Part shown: positions 56,913 to 64,000 of the stretch, one piece after another
Layout: each line of letters begins with the position of its first letter
Numbering within the stretch: the stretch's first letter is position 1
Source of the DNA: Candidatus Latescibacterota bacterium
GTDB lineage: Bacteria; Latescibacterota; UBA2968
DNA: 64,000 nucleotides
Direction: 5' to 3'
Assembly: GCA_965207885.1 (NCBI GenBank)
Contig: OZ242311.1
Coordinates: 3,808,001 to 3,872,000, forward strand
Notes under the pieces: model-generated
Seen by the model: the letters and a program-made list of their open reading frames with translations, nothing else
What the model was told of the DNA's origin: nothing
Database searches by the model: none
Program-made: the position numbers and the translations under genes

Positions 56913-57941
56913 TCATCCCTTACTTTTATTAGCACCACACGATTCCCGCACGACCAGACGCGATCTCAAGGTCACTTGACGAGGCGTATCCTGTTCCTCG
57001 AGTTTTTCCAGCATCAGATCCATCGCAGCTTGGGCAATCGCCTCGTATGGCATTGCCAGAGTGGTCAGAGCCGGCGTCATATAAGCCGCAACGTCAATAT
57101 CCCCATAACCCACCACAGCCACATCATCGGGTATGCGAATACCCAATTCCCATAACCCTCGACAAACGCCTATGGCCGTATAATCGTCCCGACACACAAG
57201 GGCAGTAAACTGGTTACCGAGTTCTTTGCCCAGGCGATACCCCGCTTCTGCATTGATGGTACTGACAGGTGTGTAGTTGGGCGTCAGGCCGTGATTTTGC
57301 ATCGCCAAGCCATACCCCTTGCCCTGGTTTGAAAGCGGGGTGTTATCATTCCAGTGCGATCCGAGAAACCCGATCCGCTCATGTCCCAATTTGATCAAAT
57401 GCTCTGTGGCCTCGTAAAAATCTGATACAAGGTCCAATATGACCCCACTCAAATTTTGAGTTGGATAAAAAAATGTCACTACTGGCACGCGTCCCTTAAC
57501 GACATCCAAAATACGCTCTGATTCTCCTTCGTCCCCTCGCGTATGAATTAAAAGTCCATCTACGCCCCAGGAAACCAACTGCTTGACCTGTATAATCTGG
57601 TCATCTCGTGGATTTTTAGGAATCCGGTTAGAGGCCACTCCCATCATGATCTGATAATCATACTCGTCAGCCACCTTCATTATCTGATCGGTCTGATGTC
57701 CAAATGTCTCCTGGAAAATCTGGTAGGTCAGCAACCCCAATGTACCTGTTTTTCCCGTCACAATCCCCCGCGCCATCAAATTGGGATTGTAGTCCATCTC
57801 GGCGGCTGTTTGTCGCACCAGTTCTCGGGTCTCCTCCTTCACCAATATCGAAGCGTTTGGAGACAGCGCACGTGAGACTGTTGAATACGAAATACCCAAC
57901 TGCCTTGCTATATCTTTGATGGTAACAGACCTTTTGTTCAT
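56913..57941 (-). CDS. LacI family transcriptional regulator, paralog 3 (intact)
   Basis: MNKRSVTIKDIARQLGISYSTVSRAL HTH, Y.PN..ARG hinge and a full ligand-binding domain. Confidence 0.92.
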   Translation of the reverse strand: MNKRSVTIKDIARQLGISYSTVSRALSPNASILVKEETRELVRQTAAEMDYNPNLMARGIVTGKTGTLGLLTYQIFQETFGHQTDQIMKVADEYDYQIMMGVASNRIPKNPRDDQIIQVKQLVSWGVDGLLIHTRGDEGESERILDVVKGRVPVVTFFYPTQNLSGVILDLVSDFYEATEHLIKLGHERIGFLGSHWNDNTPLSNQGKGYGLAMQNHGLTPNYTPVSTINAEAGYRLGKELGNQFTALVCRDDYTAIGVCRGLWELGIRIPDDVAVVGYGDIDVAAYMTPALTTLAMPYEAIAQAAMDLMLEKLEEQDTPRQVTLRSRLVVRESCGANKSKG

Positions 57942-58032
57942 TAGATAATCCCTTTGCCAGGTAAACGATATAAACACTACAAAATTTAACAATTTTCGCA
58001 GAGATATGCTAACAAATCAGGTTTATTTTTTT

Positions 58033-58046
58033 GCTAATCGCTTTGC
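58033..58046. promoter_or_regulatory. LacI-type operator-like palindrome upstream of LacI paralog 3 (possible autoregulation)
   Basis: GCTAATCGCTTTGC fits the AAnCGnTT core typical of LacI-family operators. Confidence 0.45.
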
Positions 58047-58099
58047 CTGTTCTACCAGGCCGTGGAACGGTGCTGGTTGTATGTCTTCTTTGGACATCG

Positions 58100-60253
58100 C
58101 TAATCCTCCTGAAAACTGTGAAGCGAGAACGCGCACGCCCGGCTCCAATCGCTCCACACCCCTTGTGTATTTCGCGCGCGCATGCGCCAATAATATCGCT
58201 CGCCAGGATTCAGCAGCCCTGCAAACTGCGGTTGCCAGCGCGTCTTCCCCTGGTATGCCGTGCGGCTCACATATCGGTCAAAAGTGGGACACACGCACCA
58301 CCGGAAATCCGGGTACCTGCTCACCTGTACGTGATAATCATCCACCTGTGACCCATTTCCCCCAGGACTTTTCCAGCGAAACTCAAAATCCGTCTGATCC
58401 AACTCTGCGTCATCATCTGGAAACACCGGTTCGGGTATATCCGGCGGTTTGATACAATGCTCCTCCTGCCATCCATAAGTTATCCGAACATTCCGCTTAC
58501 CCTTTGTCTCGTCTCGATATTGAATGTGATTTTCACCACAGAACAGCGAGGGCAAAGATCGCGTTGCACACTGCAAATCCGTATCAAACCAGATTTTATC
58601 CACCCCCACATCGCCGGCATTTTCACCAGCCCACATCGCCACCTGAACATAATATTCGTAACGCGGTCCAACCCGCCATCCCGGATCCCAATCTCCCCGC
58701 CAGTCGAACAAAGCCGGATTCAAATACCAGTCCAGATCCACACACGCACTTGTCCGATGTCCCGCTGCCACCCAGACCGACCGCCAGTCATTTCCATCCA
58801 GAGACAGCAGCACCTCAAGCCCGTCTTTCCCGCTCGCCCGCCTGTAGGACAAACCCACCCGCGCCCCGGCAATGGGATATGGCGAATGTACCTTCCAGAT
58901 CATTCGGGAAACGCGCTGCTCCTGAATCGGATGAACAGCAGGCAACCGCTCCGACATTTCCTGTACCACATTCACCTGCTGTTCTACCCCCCCCAGCGCC
59001 AGCGGATTTCGCAGATCGGGCCGATAGACCAGCTTGCCGTTGGAATACCGCACCTCCGGGTGCAACCGACGCCCTCGCACCACCGTCTTGCCCACCTGAT
59101 CCCAATAGCGCACCAACTTCTCGCCCGGCCGCAAGCGCATCGCCATCGTATGGGGCGGCGGCAACTGCGTCGTATCCTGTTGCAAACGACCATCTTCCCG
59201 AGTCCAGGCACCGCTCGGATTGGTCGGATACACAAATTCCCGATTCTTGAACTGCGCGCTGTAATAATCCTTCTCCGCCATATCCTTTCCCGCCAGCCCC
59301 AGATTCCTGTGCGACCTACTCATCAGTTCGGGATCCCTCGCCAGGTCGGCGACACTGGCCACCGTGCGGTTATCGCGTTTTAAGAAAAACACCATCTGAT
59401 CTGTATCGAGCAAATGCCACGCCCCATTCGCCCACGCTTCGAAAATCGTATGGCTGCACTGCCGCCCTCGACCGTGCCCATCCAGAATACCGCCAACCCA
59501 CACCTCCCTCGACTTCACCCCCATCACCTCACCCAACCGACTCGTGGCAATCGCATACCCTATACACCCCTCAAACCCATACGCATTGAACAGCTTCACC
59601 GGATCGCTCACATCGTCATACCACGACATCCCGCATCGGCTGTCGTAAACCTCATCCACGACAAACTGCCACAACGCCATCATCCGCTCTTCTTCGTCCA
59701 GATCCCGCCCGCCTATCGCCTCTTTTGCCATCGCCTCTACCGACCACCAATCCCGCTGTCCATTTGCCATCAGCCACGGATTCACCAGATCTGTTTCACC
59801 CGTATTCTCGATCACCACATACAAATTTGGCTCAAACACCCGATCATAAGGCGGCATACTCGAATTTGGCCCCGGGCAATACACCTCTGGCCCAAGAGTC
59901 ACAGCATTCGACTCATCTACATATCCACCCATCTGAACCTCAAACGCTTCTGCCTCCTGCGTCAGATCGACCTGTGCCTCACAAGGCGCCCGGGGCACCA
60001 GCGCCTCAACGGGTTCCATATCCTTCAACTCGCCCTGCTCTGGATACTGAGTAGAACCAACAGCTATATAATAATACGTCTTCCCCGGTATCAAATCCGC
60101 CGCATCCACAAACCGATCATCTCGGATAACACCGACTTCTTCAAACACACCATCCGCCCGATCCGCGCGATAAATTCGCATCCCCCGAGCGTCCTTGCAC
60201 GCCACCCGCAGGGTGACGCAATTGATAGCCGTATCTAAAATTTTGAGTACCAT
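58100..60253 (-). CDS. Hypothetical protein with transglutaminase-like Cys-His-Asp core and terminal Fn3-like domains
   Basis: YGFEGCIGYA...SHTIFEAW..GAWHLLDTD. C-terminal F.W...YHVQVS...YYWRMRA.N..G.WSDWS. Confidence 0.65.
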   Translation of the reverse strand: MVLKILDTAINCVTLRVACKDARGMRIYRADRADGVFEEVGVIRDDRFVDAADLIPGKTYYYIAVGSTQYPEQGELKDMEPVEALVPRAPCEAQVDLTQEAEAFEVQMGGYVDESNAVTLGPEVYCPGPNSSMPPYDRVFEPNLYVVIENTGETDLVNPWLMANGQRDWWSVEAMAKEAIGGRDLDEEERMMALWQFVVDEVYDSRCGMSWYDDVSDPVKLFNAYGFEGCIGYAIATSRLGEVMGVKSREVWVGGILDGHGRGRQCSHTIFEAWANGAWHLLDTDQMVFFLKRDNRTVASVADLARDPELMSRSHRNLGLAGKDMAEKDYYSAQFKNREFVYPTNPSGAWTREDGRLQQDTTQLPPPHTMAMRLRPGEKLVRYWDQVGKTVVRGRRLHPEVRYSNGKLVYRPDLRNPLALGGVEQQVNVVQEMSERLPAVHPIQEQRVSRMIWKVHSPYPIAGARVGLSYRRASGKDGLEVLLSLDGNDWRSVWVAAGHRTSACVDLDWYLNPALFDWRGDWDPGWRVGPRYEYYVQVAMWAGENAGDVGVDKIWFDTDLQCATRSLPSLFCGENHIQYRDETKGKRNVRITYGWQEEHCIKPPDIPEPVFPDDDAELDQTDFEFRWKSPGGNGSQVDDYHVQVSRYPDFRWCVCPTFDRYVSRTAYQGKTRWQPQFAGLLNPGERYYWRMRARNTQGVWSDWSRACAFSLHSFQED

Positions 60254-60288
60254 ATCCGAACCTCCCTCTGATCAAAGCGGAAAATCGC

Positions 60289-60318
60289 TTGATGGATCAT
60301 CCACACACATGTTATATT
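60289..60318 (+). promoter_or_regulatory. Putative promoter for the PL22-like gene
   Basis: TTGATG-18 nt-TATATT with an extended TGn element. Confidence 0.45.
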
Positions 60319-60361
60319 TCCTCAAATCTTCCCTCTAACCGCCATTCCCAGGAGACACGCC

Positions 60362-61423
60362 ATGAAACTCATCGAAACCGATCCCAACTCCGGCGCTGAA
60401 ATCCACCAACTCATCGACGAACCCCGCCCCGCCGACAACATCTATGGCGAACAACCCTATTCCTCAGCTGATGGAAGCCGCGTCACAATCCGATATTATC
60501 CCCAAAACGACCAGGACGGTGGCCTATCCTTCCTCGACCTCGCAGACGACAGCCTCCACACCGTACTCGACGAAGCCCCCCATTTCCCCGCCTTCCACGC
60601 CTGGGGCGAACACCTCTACTATCAGCAACAAGACGGGGACGCGCTTGTACTCAAACGCTGCAACTATCAGACCCTCGAAAAAGAAGACATCACAACTTTG
60701 CCAACCGAAGAGGGCCGATTTAGCTACGGCACCACTTCCCAGGACGGGCGTTACTACGCTGCCAGCGTCCATCCCGAAGGCGGATCGAGCAAAGTCTGGT
60801 GTACAGACCTCTCAACCGGGAAAAGCAGCACCCTTGCCCAGCGGGATGACTACCACTTCAAACACGAACAATTCTCCCTCGACGGCAACAACCGCATCCT
60901 CATTCAGGCCAACAAAATGCCCGACGTCAAATTCGTCCACCTCGGCGCTCTTGAACCCGACCGCGAAGGCATCACCTGGTTTCCCGTCGATCGCCCACAC
61001 ACGCCACGCCCCACCGGCCACGAAGCGTGGATTGGTACAACCGACCACATCTTCATCTCCACGGGACAAGACGAAGACAGCGAAGGCAACGTCTGGACTG
61101 CGGGCTTGCGCGACAATGCCCCAAATCTGGTCAGCAAAACTCCCCACCGCTTCGGTCACGTCAGCGTCTCCCATTGTGGCCGATACTGGGTTGGGGACGC
61201 CACCCAAGAAGAAAACATCCCCATCCACATCGGTTCCCTCGATTCGGGTCGTCACAAATGCCTCGTCCTCAGCCGCACCGAACACGACGACAACCAGTGG
61301 TCGCACACCCATCCTTACATGACCTCTGACAACGCGTGGCTCATCTACACCTCCAACCGCAGCGGTCACCCTCAGGTCTATGGTGCAAAAATCCCGCAGG
61401 AGTTCTTGGATAGTCTTTCGTAA
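60362..61423 (+). CDS. Oligogalacturonate lyase (PL22)-like beta-propeller protein
   Basis: D..SG.EI.QL, HEQFS, GHEAW, HTHPY.TSD...LIYTSNRSG.PQVY. No signal peptide. Confidence 0.72.
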   Translation: MKLIETDPNSGAEIHQLIDEPRPADNIYGEQPYSSADGSRVTIRYYPQNDQDGGLSFLDLADDSLHTVLDEAPHFPAFHAWGEHLYYQQQDGDALVLKRCNYQTLEKEDITTLPTEEGRFSYGTTSQDGRYYAASVHPEGGSSKVWCTDLSTGKSSTLAQRDDYHFKHEQFSLDGNNRILIQANKMPDVKFVHLGALEPDREGITWFPVDRPHTPRPTGHEAWIGTTDHIFISTGQDEDSEGNVWTAGLRDNAPNLVSKTPHRFGHVSVSHCGRYWVGDATQEENIPIHIGSLDSGRHKCLVLSRTEHDDNQWSHTHPYMTSDNAWLIYTSNRSGHPQVYGAKIPQEFLDSLS

Positions 61424-61436
61424 GCCTTCAAAACCC

Positions 61437-63398
61437 TCACCACCCGTGTACCCCATGCCCCGCATCTGGAAACCAGATTATATCCACCACCTTGGAGACC
61501 CCAATCCCGAACAAATATCCCACAATTGCCCCGTACCAAAACGGTAGCGACCGCCGATAAAGACTCACGCCCCCAAACTGTATGACAAAGGTCTTCATCA
61601 ACCACACAATCAGCAAACAAAATCCGTATCGCCCCACGGGCAAAGCAATCGCCGCTGGGTGAAAAGGCCACCAGGACACCCGCGCCTTCAAATAAGTTAG
61701 CACGCCTGCCTCTGCAAACCCAAAAAACCACACCCCCAACTTCTGCGGATCGAATACCGTCAACTTGCTCCCCTCAATCAACGACACCCTGCCCATCAAC
61801 ACACCCCAGTCCCACAGCGCCATGTGTCCATTCAGACCGCCCTCGGTATAACACCGGTAAAGCTGTGCGCCCACAGAAACCACAAAACCCGTCACAAACG
61901 CCACCGGGATGCACCCCCAGATCAGCGGATGCCGCCGCAGGTGATCGCCCAACATCCGAAAAAAATGCGTCACCGACGGAATACACGTAATCCGAATCGA
62001 CACCCCGCAAAGCGCGTTGCTATTCACCAGCCAGATAGACGTCTGCGTCGCAGGTGGCAGATTCGACGTTCCGCCCAGCGCCAGGAGCACATCGGCTCCC
62101 TTTCCACCCGCAGGAGACAAAAAAATAAAACCCGTAGTCGCCGCGTATTTGGTAATCCCAAAAAAACAGATAAACAGCAACAATAACTGCACCAGCATCA
62201 CGGGAAACCGCATACCGGCAGACACCATCCACCCGCCCAAAAACACCGCCGAAGACAACAATCCCAGCCACGCCGTGCGATAAGAAACTGGTGCGCCATC
62301 ATCGTCCATGCCCCCCCTTTCAAACGCCTTTTGCAGCGTCTCCCGCAAATGCCCCCTGGCGACCCACACCGACCATCCCACCAGAAAAACCAGCGCCCCG
62401 TGCGATTCCAGCATCGCGATCTCGCCACCCATCGCCGGTTGCCCGGGCAAACCCACCGTAAACCCCGTGCGGTTCAGCAACCCCTTTTTCAAAATATTCA
62501 CAAAATCGTAAAACCAGAAACTGAACAGAATATCCAGCGGGCACAAATACGCCAGCCCCATAATCATCGGCTGCACCCGCAAAAAATAATCTGGAAAATG
62601 ATGTCCCAGAGGCACGGCTTTGTACGTGGTAGAATAAAACAGGGTAATAGGCGGCAAGCTGAGCGCGAAATACCCGATGATATTCCAGCCAATAATCCCC
62701 GCCACGAAACCGAACCCAATCCAGAACACCTTATTCTTAAACACATCCGGCACCCGACTGCCTGCAGACTGCCTGAGCATATCCATCGGGAACGTCGCTA
62801 TCGGAAAAACCAGCCGCTCCTTCTCGTGCCACTGTTTGTAAAAAATTACACTCGAAAAAAACCCTGCCCCAACCAGCGACAAACACGCCATCAACCACCA
62901 GAACAGCGGCCGGACCCAGGCCAGCCACGGGATAGCCCCATCCACCTCCACCCCGGTAAACAACTGCCCGATCACCGCCTCCGATTCCTCGGGAAACAGC
63001 CAGCGCGGGAAATAGGGCATCACCACCTCTCGCATCCGGTTCTCAGGCGAGGCATAGTGAGCCGGAGCCGCAATATCGGTCACCATATACATCGCCCACC
63101 CAATACCCGGCAAATTTCCCACCAACCACACCATGAAAAACACCGTCAACATCTCCATCCGGGACAGTGCCCACCCCCGCGCAAACAGCTTCAACACCGT
63201 ATTGATCCCCAGCCACACCACAAACGGCAGAGCCACTGCTACGGGCATGTAATTCTTCACCAGATTCCGCCCGAAATAGGACATGAAAAGCGCCATCCCC
63301 ACAATCGTGAGCACACCTATCACCAGCGCGCGTCCCGTCACCCGTTCTCGGAGTACTCCAGATTGTTCTTCCACCACCTGCTTTTCATCGATAGCCAT
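61437..63398 (-). CDS. DUF6785/DUF6784 polytopic membrane protein, paralog C
   Basis: HYASPENRM, KQWHEKERLVFPI, WWPFHPAA and PFWYGAIVGY. Confidence 0.8.
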   Translation of the reverse strand: MAIDEKQVVEEQSGVLRERVTGRALVIGVLTIVGMALFMSYFGRNLVKNYMPVAVALPFVVWLGINTVLKLFARGWALSRMEMLTVFFMVWLVGNLPGIGWAMYMVTDIAAPAHYASPENRMREVVMPYFPRWLFPEESEAVIGQLFTGVEVDGAIPWLAWVRPLFWWLMACLSLVGAGFFSSVIFYKQWHEKERLVFPIATFPMDMLRQSAGSRVPDVFKNKVFWIGFGFVAGIIGWNIIGYFALSLPPITLFYSTTYKAVPLGHHFPDYFLRVQPMIMGLAYLCPLDILFSFWFYDFVNILKKGLLNRTGFTVGLPGQPAMGGEIAMLESHGALVFLVGWSVWVARGHLRETLQKAFERGGMDDDGAPVSYRTAWLGLLSSAVFLGGWMVSAGMRFPVMLVQLLLLFICFFGITKYAATTGFIFLSPAGGKGADVLLALGGTSNLPPATQTSIWLVNSNALCGVSIRITCIPSVTHFFRMLGDHLRRHPLIWGCIPVAFVTGFVVSVGAQLYRCYTEGGLNGHMALWDWGVLMGRVSLIEGSKLTVFDPQKLGVWFFGFAEAGVLTYLKARVSWWPFHPAAIALPVGRYGFCLLIVWLMKTFVIQFGGVSLYRRSLPFWYGAIVGYLFGIGVSKVVDIIWFPDAGHGVHGW

Positions 63399-63414
63399 CT
63401 CCCACCCTTTTTGG

Positions 63415-64000
63415 TCATCGCAATTGCTTCAACAAGCCCAAAGCCGCATCGACAATCTGCTCGCCACACCCCGGCGCAAAGACGCTCGCCTCCGGCTCAT
63501 ATCCCCCTTCTTCATAAGACTGCCTCGTCGGCAAATACCCCACCGAATCATTGGCTAACTCGATCACTATAGTCTGCGAAAACGGAGATCGGGCTTTCAA
63601 ATCCAACCCCAGTTCCACCAGCAACTCCCCCGGCACAGCCGCAATCCCCAGGTCCCCGATGCGAAGTGCCTGCACCCATGTCCGCACCCGATCCGGCACA
63701 TCGGCCATACGCCTGGTTATTCGGCGCACAAAAGCGCGCTCGGCCATCGTGGGCCGCTCCATATCCCCAATCTCCCTCACCCGCGCAAGGTCAGCCTCAG
63801 AAGGTGCTGGCTTGCGCGCCAGAACCACCTCTTGCATCGCCGCCCCAAGAGACACATCGGACGCAAAATCCATCTCATTCCACGCCCACAGAACGCCCGC
63901 TGCAATCAAACCCGCCACCCGTTCCGCATGCAGAGAACGGTCTTTCACAGGGCGCTTATCCCCCAGCACATCTATATTATTGATATCCCCACACGCGCCA
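63415..64000 (-). CDS. Neutral/alkaline ceramidase-like hydrolase, 5'-partial
   Basis: GACGDIN at the window edge, VQALRIGD...PGEL..ELG..LK..SP and AND..GYLPT...GGYE. Confidence 0.7.
   Translation of the reverse strand, partial: GACGDINNIDVLGDKRPVKDRSLHAERVAGLIAAGVLWAWNEMDFASDVSLGAAMQEVVLARKPAPSEADLARVREIGDMERPTMAERAFVRRITRRMADVPDRVRTWVQALRIGDLGIAAVPGELLVELGLDLKARSPFSQTIVIELANDSVGYLPTRQSYEEGGYEPEASVFAPGCGEQIVDAALGLLKQLR

Noticed and set aside
60444-63572. Long alternate-frame or antisense ORFs (60444-61322 and 62331-63572; similarly 58457-59383, 35933-37042, 31153-32196)
   Set aside because: Pro/Thr/His/Gln-rich products of the C-rich strand skew that overlap well-supported genes.
1-64000. 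CRISPR arrays, tRNA/rRNA, transposases, integrases, defence systems
   Set aside because: No regularly spaced repeats, cloverleaf-like intergenic stretches or matching protein motifs seen by eye. A covariance-model scan would be needed to exclude small ncRNAs in 51842-52205 and 56630-56912.

Overview
Gene-dense bacterial window with about 44 CDS. I found no rRNA, tRNA, CRISPR array or transposase. The gene content (three DUF6785/DUF6784 membrane proteins, three ASPIC/UnbV-CRTAC1 proteins, a GWxTD protein, a PorV-like protein and a TonB-dependent receptor) suggests an FCB-group organism such as Ca. Latescibacterota; this is inference. Layout: (1) 1-12.8 kb holds transport and housekeeping genes (SSS symporter, enolase-superfamily enzyme, AT-rich beta-barrel, DUF1992, ABC exporter plus DUF1854, orphan RND, bactofilin, NitT/TauT pair). 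(2) 12.8-41.8 kb is a 20-gene minus-strand run with no gap over about 75 nt. It combines an octaheme-HEAT-TPR lipoprotein, TPR-TlpA, TolB-like and PL11-like propellers, two DUF6785 transporters, and an UnbV/UnbU-like (CRTAC1 plus RnfD-like) module with no enediyne PKS. (3) 41.9-51.9 kb holds a GWxTD gene converging on an OMP / TonB receptor / T9SS-CTD-like protein / PorV-like cassette. (4) 52-58 kb holds three LacI paralogs around an FGE-like plus MauG-like pair: one intact, one frameshifted in an A8 tract right after the start codon, one lacking its HTH. (5) 58-64 kb holds a transglutaminase-like protein, a PL22-like lyase, a third DUF6785 and a partial ceramidase-like gene. The best candidates for undescribed systems are the PKS-less UnbV/UnbU plus multiheme operon and the TBDR-CTD-PorV cassette, which may sit under a phase-variable LacI. 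All family calls come from motif recognition by eye; no database search was run.
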